64,000 nt of DNA from Blastocatellia bacterium. Lineage in GTDB: Bacteria > Acidobacteriota > Blastocatellia > UBA7656. The stretch covers positions 192,001 to 256,000 of the forward strand of contig CAVXWP010000009.1 of the NCBI GenBank assembly GCA_963765495.1. Direction: 5' to 3'. Of the stretch, positions 20,371 to 30,744 are shown in pieces. Both the position numbers and the translations under genes were made by a program. Numbering within the stretch: the stretch's first letter is position 1; the number at the start of each line of letters is the position of its first letter. The notes under the pieces were generated by a model. The model did not search any database, had not been told where the DNA came from, and saw nothing but the letters and a program-made list of their open reading frames with translations.

Positions 20371-21369
20371 ATGAGAAGTGAGAGATTTAAATTGCGTAGC
20401 CTTATTATAATCAGCCTGGCTCTTGCGATGTCCCTCGCCGGATGTGGTGGTCCGAGTGAGACGAATCATCTGGCGAGCGCGGTGATGATGAAACAGGATG
20501 ACAGGGCTGCGCCTGAAACCAGCCCCGAATTCAAGTCGGAGATCTCGAAACTTGCCAGTGAGGGACTCGTCTTGAAAGAGGCTCTGGAAGCCGGTTTGAG
20601 CGAAGGCGCTCACCATCTGGCCGCGATATTCGAGCGCGCGGACTCAAAAGGCTCGGATGAACCCTACGAGTTCAGGATAATCGAAAGCGACGGGCAGAAG
20701 ACCAGGACCATATTTCGCCGGGGCGAGTTTTTCTTCTCTTTCGCGGGGCTTGGAAAGCTTGCAAACCTGAACGCGACCGACATCAACGGCGACGGATTGA
20801 AAGAGATTCTCGTGCTGAGTTCAAGTGGAGGCAATTGCTGGAGTTGTAATCCTATCGAGATTTACCAGATCAAAGACCACAAGGTCGCGCTTATCGCCGC
20901 CGGGCCGATTCAAGAGATAGCCGACATCAACGGAAACAACGTGGCGGAATTGTTCGTCACTGATGCCCGGTGGGAAGTCTATAACGATCTCTCTCACGCA
21001 GCTTCCCCGACGGCGTTGATGGTATATGTCTGGCGAAACGACCGCTATGTTTATGCCTCGCGCGCCTTCCCCGGATTTTACGACGCCGAGATCGAACGGC
21101 TCCACACAGCTATCAAGGAAGCCCGGGCCGAGATTACGACCGAAGATTTTTCCGATGAATCATACAAGGGGCTGGTCATGTCGCTTGCGATAACTTACGC
21201 GCACATGGGCAACCTTGAGCGCGGTTTGAACGAGTTGGAAGAGTTGATGAATCAAGACGTAAAATCGCCGGCCCAGAAAAAGTTGCGCGCGGCCATAGTT
21301 GCAGACTTTCGAAGCGGCGAAAGCTACAAAAAACTTACGCAGATGAAGTACGGCGACCCGATGCTTTGA
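20371..21369 (+). CDS. Hypothetical lipoprotein with FG-GAP/VCBS-like Ca-binding motifs
   Basis: Lipobox LAGC, DINGDGLKEI and DINGNNVAEL. Confidence 0.7.
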   Translation: MRSERFKLRSLIIISLALAMSLAGCGGPSETNHLASAVMMKQDDRAAPETSPEFKSEISKLASEGLVLKEALEAGLSEGAHHLAAIFERADSKGSDEPYEFRIIESDGQKTRTIFRRGEFFFSFAGLGKLANLNATDINGDGLKEILVLSSSGGNCWSCNPIEIYQIKDHKVALIAAGPIQEIADINGNNVAELFVTDARWEVYNDLSHAASPTALMVYVWRNDRYVYASRAFPGFYDAEIERLHTAIKEARAEITTEDFSDESYKGLVMSLAITYAHMGNLERGLNELEELMNQDVKSPAQKKLRAAIVADFRSGESYKKLTQMKYGDPML

Positions 21370-21526
21370 AGGTTGATCGGATCACCCGGATAGAGTCATA
21401 CAGATAGACTCGAACGGGCGACATATTTGGAGAGCAGACGGGACGAATCTTCGCGGAGCGATTTATGCTGTTTTGTGTTCAGGCAGTCAGGACCGCTTGC
21501 CCGCAAGACATCTCCGCTCGTACAGA

Positions 21527-23329
21527 CTACGGAAGATTGGGCTGAAGGCCCTTCTGATTTCCGACTGCATCAGAAGAGCGAGGCTCTTCTTCCGTTTTTG
21601 CGTCAAGAATGCCGAGCATTTCCTGCGCCTTCGAATGGCGAATGTAGTGATGCCAAATAAAAGTGAGATCAAAGAGCAACGCCGCAAGCCACCACAAATA
21701 AAGAAATCCCCCGAGCGCCAGAAAGACGAGCCACAACCGCCCATGCTCGTAGTCCTTCCCCTGATAGAGAATACAGCCAACTATAGCGAGCGTGAACAGA
21801 AAGCCTGTAAGCAGCAGAGGTTTCAGTCCCCACGCGGGGCGCTTCTTGCTCAACGACGAGGCCAGCAATACTATCGCCGTGATAATGCCAAGGAAGTACC
21901 ATTCGTGTGCTCCCTCTATTATGCTGTCAAACTCGATTTTCAAATAACTGCCAGTGTTAGCCTCCAATATCTTCAGATAACCGACAAGCGTAAGCAGGAA
22001 AAAAGCGATGCCCGAAAGTCGCCAGAACCACTTATGAGTCAGGCGGGGGATCCTCGTCGCCACCGTCATCCCGCCGAGCAGAAGAGCCAGCGCCGCCACG
22101 TCCACGGCGATGATTCGGGTGCTGGGATTTTCATTGGGGGCAATGTAGCCCGTGACGGCTTTATACAAGATATAAACCGCCATAAAAAACAGACCCGACA
22201 CAAGGAGGTAGGGCAGAGCGTAACCGGTTATCTCAGCCCGAAGTCTGCTCTTTGGAGCTTCCTTGAAACGGCCCTTTCCCTCTGTCAGAATCGGAGGTGA
22301 AGGCTCTACCACGTTCTCGATAAAATGGCCGAATACTTCCTTGTCATTCCAGTAATCTACGTGCGCCTTGGCAGGAAGATAGTATCTGCTGAATCCGTAA
22401 TTGTGCTCCTTTTTAAATTCAAACGCTTTCCAGCCGTTCTCTTTCAGCCATTTCTGAGCCGTATCAAGCCCGAATCCTATAGGGTCTCCGTAATCGAAAT
22501 AGTTTCGCCATTTGATCCGGGTTTCTTCAGATGCCATCTTGCCGGGTCGTTTAAGATCGCTCCAGAGGCTCGGCCAGAGCACCAGATGCTTATCAATGGG
22601 CGAGCCTATGGTCATGAAGCCCTTGACCTGCTTGACCCAATCCGAGCCCTCCTGCTTGACCCAATCCGGCGGATCGTCGCACATTGCCATCAGCAAACCA
22701 AGAAAAGCGATGACCGTCCCTTCGCTGTGAGCCACTATGTAAATCTCGTTGTCGCTATCGGGTTTATAGACTGCATTCATCACTTCAAAGAACTGTTTTA
22801 ATATCTGTTCCCGATAATTCTGGAATTCAGTCACTACCTGAACATCGCCGAGATAATCGAGCAGCAATCTGCTCAGATCAAACTTGAACAGATTGGCCTT
22901 TTCGGCAAGAAAGAGCAGTCTTTCAAGCGTTGAAAGCGTGTCTATGGACTCTTCAAGCACAGTCTCAAGCGTCAGAAAATCCTCCTCATCAAGGTCAGCC
23001 ATCTCCTTTTTTTGCTGTTGCAATCGAACTCGATCTACGATGGTTCTGGCCCACTTTCGGGACTCTTCAAGCGTATAGCCGTCTTTGACCGGAATGCGAG
23101 GGATGTCTGCCCAGTAAACTTCGGCAAAAGCGATATTTTGCCAGGGCTGCGAATAGGGAGGGCTAGGAGGCACGATGAATCTTTGTGCACCCGTAAGTTG
23201 ATTGCGCAGATTTCCAAGGGGCATGGCGGCAGTTTGTCCGTAACACCCAAAAAAAATGTTTACGACCGATTGTATGGTGGCGCAGGTAAACTGATCGCCT
23301 ATTCCATGAATTGCTACAATGATCTTCAT
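21527..23329 (-). CDS. Alpha/beta-hydrolase-like domain fused to a multi-TM C-terminus
   Basis: AIHGIG, IVAHSEGT, FMTIGSP, DPIG, AHVDYW and about six TM segments. ATG 23329 with GGAGGAG RBS. Confidence 0.75.
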   Translation of the reverse strand: MKIIVAIHGIGDQFTCATIQSVVNIFFGCYGQTAAMPLGNLRNQLTGAQRFIVPPSPPYSQPWQNIAFAEVYWADIPRIPVKDGYTLEESRKWARTIVDRVRLQQQKKEMADLDEEDFLTLETVLEESIDTLSTLERLLFLAEKANLFKFDLSRLLLDYLGDVQVVTEFQNYREQILKQFFEVMNAVYKPDSDNEIYIVAHSEGTVIAFLGLLMAMCDDPPDWVKQEGSDWVKQVKGFMTIGSPIDKHLVLWPSLWSDLKRPGKMASEETRIKWRNYFDYGDPIGFGLDTAQKWLKENGWKAFEFKKEHNYGFSRYYLPAKAHVDYWNDKEVFGHFIENVVEPSPPILTEGKGRFKEAPKSRLRAEITGYALPYLLVSGLFFMAVYILYKAVTGYIAPNENPSTRIIAVDVAALALLLGGMTVATRIPRLTHKWFWRLSGIAFFLLTLVGYLKILEANTGSYLKIEFDSIIEGAHEWYFLGIITAIVLLASSLSKKRPAWGLKPLLLTGFLFTLAIVGCILYQGKDYEHGRLWLVFLALGGFLYLWWLAALLFDLTFIWHHYIRHSKAQEMLGILDAKTEEEPRSSDAVGNQKGLQPNLP

Positions 23330-23413
23330 ATCTCCTCCATTGCGAGCCGGATAAACGGCAGCGGTTTGGCGTGGTGATCTCAACCGGCGGCAGTCATATC
23401 AACAAGCCTGAGA

Positions 23414-25612
23414 TCACTGATTTGTATTTGTGCTGCCGGTCAGATATTTTCCAACGGCCTTTCCCACTTCGAGGAAGCCAAACCCTATTCCGAAATAACT
23501 CCGCCTCTCATCTACGTTGAGGTTCCATCCATAAGTAAAGTGCAGTTTGTTGTTAAAGAGCGATACGACAGGTCCGGCACCGACCTGCACATCGGTTCCC
23601 TTTGTATTGGTAAACATTTCCTTTTCAAGATCGAAACCGGGATCATTGAAGTTCATGAAAGAGACATTGATGCCAAAGGTCGGAGCCAGCGCGCGAAGGA
23701 GTTTATCGCTCGCGTTTTCGCCTCGCTTGAAGTATGTTATTCCGAACGTCATGCCGGGCGAAGGAGCGAAATTGACTTCCTTGAGGCCAAGCCCGCCATT
23801 TTCCGGCGTGGCGATGTCTTTTTCGGTCAGACCAAGCCTCTTGATGAACATAAAAGAAGTGCCCAGATGGAGTTTGGCACCATACCGCTTCACGGCTATT
23901 TCGAACGGGACCGAAGCCCCCAGCCCTTCCCCCTCTAAATTTTGGGCCTGAACCGTCAGATAGAGCGTATCCCCATCCTGTGCTCTGGCTTTAAATAATG
24001 AGACATACCCGGGAAGGAATTTATCCTTGAGGATGCCCAAAGCTGCGCTGGCTCTATCCAGAGCATAAATTCTTGTAGCAAGATCACGAGCAACGTCTGA
24101 CGATCCACCTGCTCTCTGAATATCCATCAATTCTTTCTCAAGCATGTTCCTTTCATCTGTCTGTGAACGTCTTGGAGGGTTATAGTTGTCAATATTAGTT
24201 GCCATCAGCCTGACCTGCTCTCTTGCTGATCGAAGCATTCTATAAGCATCCCTGACGCGGCCCAAGAGTCGAATCTGGGTAGAAATATCTGGATTCCCGA
24301 CCCCCAGGACTTTTTCGAGATCCTCATTAATTTGCTGCGAGATTGCCCGCATTGTGTCGCGGTCCACAGAAAATACCTCTGTGGCGATTATCGTCACTAC
24401 CCCCCGATTCTTGGGGGCTAGAATGAAATCATTAGCTTCCTTAATTTCACGCTGAAATTTATTAAGTTTCTCTCTGGCTCTTGATAGAATCTCATCCCGC
24501 ACCGTCGCATCTGTTCGAGATTTTTCATCTGCAACAGCAAATTCTTCATCCGTTAATTCATCCTTGGGTGGAATGTTATCATAGACGCGGTAAGTATATT
24601 TGATGATTTCCGACGATATGCGCTGAAGGGTTAGCACCTTGAACATCATATTTCTTGCAGTTTCAAAAGAAGCTCCTAATTGAGCATTCGAATCTGCCTT
24701 ATCCTCGCCTATTTCCGAGTAATTCTTAACTTCAATGTTAGAAGACTTGTCACCAGATACCAGTTGAGCGGTCATATAGAGATTGTTCAACAACAGGTCT
24801 TCGTTCTCTGGTGCTGGGACAATGACAATAGTGCTTGCTTCGTCAGCGGTAAGTTTGATTCTGTCCAGGCCTCGTTTTGTGGGATCATAGATCAATTTAC
24901 CATAGTTAGTCGGATTTTCCGGGTCCGGGACTTTCGGGGATTCATAAATCTTTATGTACCTGGCGGGATCAAATATCGAGCGATTATTGCTGGCAGACGC
25001 GTTCGAGCTTGTCGCTTTAGCATCCTCAACTGCACGCGCAGATCTCGGCGGCGCGGTCCAGGTTTCCATGTTGGTTAAATGAGACGAAAGAACCTTGACC
25101 TGAGATCGAGAGTCGGCATCGCCGGCTGTCGTCACCTGAGAAGACTGGCTTTCTCTTTCGGCATCGCTGATCTCGCTTGAAATGTGTTTGGGCGGCGTTA
25201 TCTTCAGTCGGGCAGGCGTCATCACCATTCTTAGCGGAGCAGCATGTATCATAAGCGCGAAGGGTTGTGAAAATACCTGTCTGGGCTGCGATGAATCGCT
25301 GACTTCTATGACGAAACCGTAAGGGTCGCGGCTCGGCATGACGGGTGTTCCTCGAAGCTCGCCCGAGGCTTCCAGCTTGATGCCAGGCGGCAGGTCGCCT
25401 TCGATCAACTTCCAGGTCAACGGCGGCAACCCGCCTTCGGCCGTGAGTTGATACTCATATTCTGTCCCTGCTTTCCCTTCGGGCAAGGATAATGCGTTTG
25501 GCTCAGGTGAATACTCCTTCTTATCCGCTCTCAGAGTTGCGGCCGGGCTTATACTTTGTAAGAAGAATAAGAGGATCAATAAAGGGGCGATCTTCTGAAT
25601 CAGCATTTTCAT
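23414..25612 (-). CDS. Exported protein with N-terminal putative Ig (He_PIG-like) domain, helical core and beta-rich C-terminus
   Basis: Signal peptide, LPEGKAGTEYEYQLTAEGGLPPLTW...LPPGIKL...GELRGTP. GGAG RBS. Confidence 0.75.
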   Translation of the reverse strand: MKMLIQKIAPLLILLFFLQSISPAATLRADKKEYSPEPNALSLPEGKAGTEYEYQLTAEGGLPPLTWKLIEGDLPPGIKLEASGELRGTPVMPSRDPYGFVIEVSDSSQPRQVFSQPFALMIHAAPLRMVMTPARLKITPPKHISSEISDAERESQSSQVTTAGDADSRSQVKVLSSHLTNMETWTAPPRSARAVEDAKATSSNASASNNRSIFDPARYIKIYESPKVPDPENPTNYGKLIYDPTKRGLDRIKLTADEASTIVIVPAPENEDLLLNNLYMTAQLVSGDKSSNIEVKNYSEIGEDKADSNAQLGASFETARNMMFKVLTLQRISSEIIKYTYRVYDNIPPKDELTDEEFAVADEKSRTDATVRDEILSRAREKLNKFQREIKEANDFILAPKNRGVVTIIATEVFSVDRDTMRAISQQINEDLEKVLGVGNPDISTQIRLLGRVRDAYRMLRSAREQVRLMATNIDNYNPPRRSQTDERNMLEKELMDIQRAGGSSDVARDLATRIYALDRASAALGILKDKFLPGYVSLFKARAQDGDTLYLTVQAQNLEGEGLGASVPFEIAVKRYGAKLHLGTSFMFIKRLGLTEKDIATPENGGLGLKEVNFAPSPGMTFGITYFKRGENASDKLLRALAPTFGINVSFMNFNDPGFDLEKEMFTNTKGTDVQVGAGPVVSLFNNKLHFTYGWNLNVDERRSYFGIGFGFLEVGKAVGKYLTGSTNTNQ

Positions 25613-26090
25613 TGGTCAATTCTCCTTCAGACTTCATTATGTTTCGCACACACGTATCCAGATCGGGCAAATGCCGTTGAGGTAAATTGATTCCGAGAAT
25701 GTAACGCCTTTCTCGAAGAGAGGCTCTGCTTGCGCGCATCTCCTGAAAGGCGAACGAGTTCGCCTCAAGAGATCTAACCAGGATAAGCAGGATCATCCTG
25801 ATTCGTTTTTACCACCCGGTTAATTCTCTTTATTTCAATCTCTCGAGCTTTGATTGGGAACAGCAGTTTATGATTTCTGCCGTCTCACATATCAATGACA
25901 TTTTGTTGAAAACGTTACATGCCGATTTAAGTAATGAAAGGAATTCAGCAGTTTTCGAATCATCTCTTGTGCAGGTTCCGGTTCAGAGCATCAAAAAGGT
26001 TTCGATGGCAGGGATTGATCAGAGGGTAGTATTGTCAATAACAGAGACAATCTATTTTGCTTTCAATCTTCCGTGTAAAACCTGTCATAT

Positions 26091-26765
26091 TTAACCCGCT
26101 TCAACTGAGATGGTCTGGCCGCCCTCGTCTTCGGCTATGGTGGAGGGAGGCAACGCACCGGCTACGACATCGTGTGTCCGGCGGGCGAGCACGCGCGCAA
26201 GTTTCTTCAATTCAGCCCGGTTGATGTCAGAGGCCACCCGCTCGACAGGTATGGGTGGATGATAAGTGATAGTCAGTCTTCCGGCTCTCGGAAACCATTT
26301 TCCTACAGGCCAGATTTCATACGCACCCTCGATGCTCACAGGCACTATACAAGCGCCGTGAGTCAGCGCCAGGTGGAATGCGCCTCTCTTAAATGGCTTT
26401 ATGTCGCCGGTAATCGTGCGACCGCCTTCGGGGAAAATAACCAGCGCGTGATTGAGTCGCAGATGATTCATCGCCTCACGCTGCGCCGATGCGTCTACGG
26501 TCTCAAGGTTCACGGGAAACGCGCCGAACCTGCGCATCAGGAAACCGAGTACGGGAATCTGAAAGGGCTTGTCCCACGCCATGTAATAGATCCGTCTGGG
26601 CATGGGGATAGTAATCCAGATCGGATCGGCATAGGTGACATGATTTGGTGTGATGATGCAAGCGCCTTCAAGCGGGATATTCTCTATGCCGTGAAATTTG
26701 ATACGGAAGACCAGACGGCAAAACCACCAGACAAAGGGGGTCAGAATGGTTATGATGAATTTCAT
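26091..26765 (-). CDS. plsC: 1-acyl-sn-glycerol-3-phosphate acyltransferase family
   Basis: NHVTYAD (HxxxxD) and FPEGGRT. Confidence 0.85.
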   Translation of the reverse strand: MKFIITILTPFVWWFCRLVFRIKFHGIENIPLEGACIITPNHVTYADPIWITIPMPRRIYYMAWDKPFQIPVLGFLMRRFGAFPVNLETVDASAQREAMNHLRLNHALVIFPEGGRTITGDIKPFKRGAFHLALTHGACIVPVSIEGAYEIWPVGKWFPRAGRLTITYHPPIPVERVASDINRAELKKLARVLARRTHDVVAGALPPSTIAEDEGGQTISVEAG

Positions 26766-26880
26766 AAGATCACAATTCCGCGCTTGATTTGCCTGCTCGC
26801 AAGGCCGCGAAATATTTAACTATGCATCGGCGCGCTCGCGCAAGACGGTGCGCTCTGCTAAAGTGAATTTACTAAAGCCG

Positions 26881-27468
26881 ATGATCTACGAACAAACATA
26901 CGAGTATCTGGCCGAGCAATTACAATCGCGTCTGAGCGAAGAAGAGATGGCGCAGGTGCGCCGCGCATTCGAGATAGCCGAGGCCGCCCACACGGGGCAA
27001 ATGAGGGATGAAGGCACTCCCTACATCGTGCATCCGCTCAGAGTGGCCGTATCGCTTGTGGATGAATTGGGGTTGTATTCGCCCAGATTAATCTGCTCTG
27101 GCCTGCTGCACGACGTGATCGAAGACAGCGAGACCACACGCGAGCAGATAGCAGAAATGTTTGGCGAAGAGATTGCTGAAATCGTCTGGCTGCTGACGAA
27201 ATTTGACGATGTGAGTCTGCCCGCGTATCTTGCGGCCATCGAAGCGGCGAGCGCGACTGGCGCTCCCATAGTGAAGCTTTGCGACCGGCTCGACAACCTC
27301 AGATTCCTCGCCCACTCGCCCAGGGCCGAAAAGAAACGCCGATACATTCGAACGACCGGGGCCTATTACCTGCCGCTTGCCGCCCGCACAAACGATTACC
27401 TCTACGGCGAACTCGTTCGCTGGCTGGATGAGGCTCGCAATCACGTAAGGTCGCTCGGTGGCGAATGA
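26881..27468 (+). CDS. Stand-alone RelA/SpoT HD hydrolase (small alarmone hydrolase-like)
   Basis: AHTGQMR..G.PYIVHP, LLHDVIEDS, VKLCDRLDN. No synthetase domain. Confidence 0.85.
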   Translation: MIYEQTYEYLAEQLQSRLSEEEMAQVRRAFEIAEAAHTGQMRDEGTPYIVHPLRVAVSLVDELGLYSPRLICSGLLHDVIEDSETTREQIAEMFGEEIAEIVWLLTKFDDVSLPAYLAAIEAASATGAPIVKLCDRLDNLRFLAHSPRAEKKRRYIRTTGAYYLPLAARTNDYLYGELVRWLDEARNHVRSLGGE

Positions 27469-27472
27469 AAAA

Positions 27473-27524
27473 CCTGGCGTCTTTGCGAGAAATAGGTTCG
27501 CGCTGAGGCGCAAAGCACGCAAAG
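27473..27524. repeat. 8-nt-unit inverted repeat element
   Basis: CTTTGCGAGAAATAG...GCGCAAAGCACGCAAAG, related to the 16057 element. Confidence 0.7.
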
Positions 27525-27656
27525 CATTCTCGGTGGGTTAACCTGAAAATTAAAATGGCCCTGTTCCCGATTTCCAAATCGAACAAAACATTTGATTGTT
27601 TCGGGTAACGTGTGACAGCATTTAGCTAGCCTTCTGAAACTCGGGTCAGATGTATT

Positions 27657-30600
27657 ATGAAAGTTTGTCTGCAATTCACCGGCATCGGGGTTATCCTCCT
27701 GCTGGCAATTTCCCTGCCCTTGATCGGACGGGCAGTCTTCGCCTTTGATCAAGACAAGCTATCGGCCCAGTATTGTTTCGACACGTGGCAGACGGAAAAC
27801 GGCCTGCCGCACAATACGATTCTCGCGATGCACCAGAGCGAAGACGGCTATCTATGGCTTGCGACCGAAGAGGGGCTGGTTCGATTCGACGGCCTGCGTT
27901 TCACGGTATTCGATAAACAGAATACCGAACAGATCGCAAGCAATCGAATTCAGGTGCTTTCAGAGGATCGAAGCGGGAATCTGTGGATAGGCACTTCGGA
28001 AGGAATTATCGAGTTAAGCCGGAACAGATTTACCGCCTACACTACAAAAGAGGGTCTGTCCGACAACAACATCGGTTCGATATACGAAGACCGCGAAGGC
28101 AGCATATGGATAGGAACATCAGCCGGTTTGAATAGATTCAGGGACGGGCAAATCACCGCCTACACTACGCGCGACGGGTTGCCCGGCGATAGCGTAGGCC
28201 CTATACAAGAAGATCGAGCGGGGAATCTGTGGATAGGCACTTCGGCCGGTCTGGCAGCATTCAGGGACGGGAAATTCACAAACTATACTACTGAAAACGG
28301 GCTCGTTAGTAATAACGTGCGGCTGATACACGAAGACAAAGGAGGCGGGTTATGGCTCGGCACGGCAAACGGATTATCGAGATTCAAGGATGGAAGATTC
28401 ACATCTTTCACATCCTCAAACGGCCTGACCAATGATCGAATATGGTCTATTCACGAAGACGGAAGCGGCCAGATATGGGTAGGTACCGATGGCGGGCTCA
28501 ACCGATTTCACGCGGGACAGATCACAAGCTACACGACAAAGGACGGGCTTGCTAGTGAAAGCATCTGGTCCATCTATGAAGACCATCTCGGCGCGCTGTG
28601 GTTTGGCACACCGGGCGGGCTCGTCCGGCTCGCAAACGGGCGTTTTAGCACATTTACTACAAAAGACGGTTTATCATCCGACATCATTCTTTCAATCTGC
28701 GAAGACCGCGAAGGCAGCCTGTGGGTAGGCACGGAGGTGGGCGGATTGAATCGGCTCAAGGAGAGAATCTTTACAACCTTTTCGGTGAAAGACGGTCTGC
28801 CGGATGAAAAGACCTGGGCCGTTTTGGAGGACAGAAGCGGGAATCTCTGGGTAGGCAGTTACGGAAGCGGGTTGAGCCGGATGAAAGACGGCGAGGTTCG
28901 CACCTACACCACGAAAGACGGGCTTGCGAGTAACATCGTGAGGGCGCTTTACGAAGACAAAGCCGGTCGCATCTGGGTGGGGACACCAAACGGACTCGCG
29001 AAACTCGAAGACGGAAAATTCACAAACTACAGCGTAGAGGACGGGCTGGCGCAAAATGCCGTCTGGGCAATCAACGAAGACAGCGGGGGCACTCTCTGGA
29101 TAGGCACTCTCGGCGGATTGACAGGGCTCAAGGACGGCGAGTTCACCCTCTATACAACCACGGATGGCCTGACCGACGACAGCATCCTGTCGATATGTCC
29201 GGCAAGCGACGGCAGTCTCTGGCTTGGAACACGCGAAGGCGGGCTGAACAGGTTTAAGGACGGAAAGTTTACCGGCTACACCACAAAGCAGGGATTGTCT
29301 GACGACTCGGTCACGGCCCTTTATGAAGACGGAAAAGGAACTCTCTGGGTGGGGACGCGCCGGGGCGGGCTCAACCGATTTCGGGACGGCGCGTTTACTA
29401 AATACACGACCGGCGAAGGGTTGCTTGATGACAGCGTGCTTCAGATACTCGACGACGGGCGCGGCAATCTGTGGTTGAGCGGGGAAAAGTGCATCTCGCG
29501 AGTCAGGGTGGATGAGTTGAACGATCTTGCCGATGGAAAGATCGAGTCCATCAACGCCGTGTCCTACGATACGGCGGATGGTCTGGAAAGCAAGCAGAGC
29601 AGCAGCGGCCAGCCCGCGGCCTGCAAAGCCAGAGACGGGAGGTTCTGGTTTGCCACGGTCAAAGGCGTAGCCGTAGTTGACCCGGCAGCCATCAAGTCAA
29701 ATCAGTACCTGCCGCCCGTTGTGATCGAACAGATTCTGGCCGATGGCCAGCCCGCCCCCGCAGGCGCGAAGATCGAGTTGCCCGCAGGCACGGATAAATT
29801 CGAATTCCATTACGCGGGGCTCAGTCTATCGGCCCCTGAAAAAGTCAGATTCAGATATAAACTCGAAGGTTACGACAAAGGATGGGTCAATGCCGGAGGG
29901 CAGCGCGTCGCCTATTACACAAACATCTCGCCGGGCAATTACAAATTCCGGGTAATAGCCTGTAACAGCGACGGAGTGTGGAACGAGGCGGGCGCATCTC
30001 AGATGCTCTATCTCAAGCCGCGCTTTTACCAGACCTACTGGTTTTATGCTCTTTGCATCGCGGCAATCGGGCTTGCTAGCTGGGGAATTTATCTGTTGCG
30101 CATCAGACGGATGAGGGCTCAATTCTCAGCCGTTCTTGAAGAGCGCAGCCGTTTGGCGCGAGAGATTCACGACACTCTGGCTCAGGGGTTTATCGGCATC
30201 CGAATGCAGTTAGAGGCTGGCACAAAATCGTTATCCGGGTCGCCCGAAGCCGCGCAACGCCATTTTGATCTTGCTCGCAGCATAGCAAATTTCAGCCTCG
30301 CCGAAGCGCGGCAATTCGTCTGGGGCCTGCGTTCGCACGCCCTCGAAGAAGGCGACCTCGCAACGGCTCTTTATGACTTTGGCAATCACCTCAAGGCCAA
30401 TGCTTCGATAAACATCGTGCTGAGGGTATTGGGCACCCCCCGGCGGCTTCCCGGTTCGGCTGAAACTGATATACTCCGAATCGGCCAGGAGGCTCTTACA
30501 AACGCCGTAAAACACGCCGACCCGAGCGAGATTCGCGTCGAACTCGATTTTGAAGAAAAGACCCTCCGGCTGTGCGTGGCAGACAACGGGCGAGGCTTTG

Positions 30601-30743
30601 ACGCAGACAGGGCCGGGGCGATGAGCAGCGATCATTTTGGTCTGATCGGCATGCGCGAACGCGCCGCGCGAATCGGTGGTCAATTGGCCATAACCAGCGA
30701 CCCCGGCAAAGGAACCCGGGTCGATCTTGAAGTTAGCTGCTGA
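27657..30743 (+). CDS. Sensor histidine kinase: beta-propeller (Reg_prop) repeats, Y_Y_Y, TM, HisKA_3/HATPase
   Basis: About 14 EDxxGxLWxGT repeats, YTNISPGNYKFRV, ERSRLAREIHDTLAQG, EALTNAVKHA, GLIGMRER. Confidence 0.95.
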   Translation: MKVCLQFTGIGVILLLAISLPLIGRAVFAFDQDKLSAQYCFDTWQTENGLPHNTILAMHQSEDGYLWLATEEGLVRFDGLRFTVFDKQNTEQIASNRIQVLSEDRSGNLWIGTSEGIIELSRNRFTAYTTKEGLSDNNIGSIYEDREGSIWIGTSAGLNRFRDGQITAYTTRDGLPGDSVGPIQEDRAGNLWIGTSAGLAAFRDGKFTNYTTENGLVSNNVRLIHEDKGGGLWLGTANGLSRFKDGRFTSFTSSNGLTNDRIWSIHEDGSGQIWVGTDGGLNRFHAGQITSYTTKDGLASESIWSIYEDHLGALWFGTPGGLVRLANGRFSTFTTKDGLSSDIILSICEDREGSLWVGTEVGGLNRLKERIFTTFSVKDGLPDEKTWAVLEDRSGNLWVGSYGSGLSRMKDGEVRTYTTKDGLASNIVRALYEDKAGRIWVGTPNGLAKLEDGKFTNYSVEDGLAQNAVWAINEDSGGTLWIGTLGGLTGLKDGEFTLYTTTDGLTDDSILSICPASDGSLWLGTREGGLNRFKDGKFTGYTTKQGLSDDSVTALYEDGKGTLWVGTRRGGLNRFRDGAFTKYTTGEGLLDDSVLQILDDGRGNLWLSGEKCISRVRVDELNDLADGKIESINAVSYDTADGLESKQSSSGQPAACKARDGRFWFATVKGVAVVDPAAIKSNQYLPPVVIEQILADGQPAPAGAKIELPAGTDKFEFHYAGLSLSAPEKVRFRYKLEGYDKGWVNAGGQRVAYYTNISPGNYKFRVIACNSDGVWNEAGASQMLYLKPRFYQTYWFYALCIAAIGLASWGIYLLRIRRMRAQFSAVLEERSRLAREIHDTLAQGFIGIRMQLEAGTKSLSGSPEAAQRHFDLARSIANFSLAEARQFVWGLRSHALEEGDLATALYDFGNHLKANASINIVLRVLGTPRRLPGSAETDILRIGQEALTNAVKHADPSEIRVELDFEEKTLRLCVADNGRGFDADRAGAMSSDHFGLIGMRERAARIGGQLAITSDPGKGTRVDLEVSC

Positions 30744-30744
30744 T

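Noticed and set aside
22629-22668. 24-nt tandem duplication (DWVKQEGSDWVKQ) in the hydrolase-TM gene
   Set aside because: Real, but most simply a neutral in-frame slippage in a loop.
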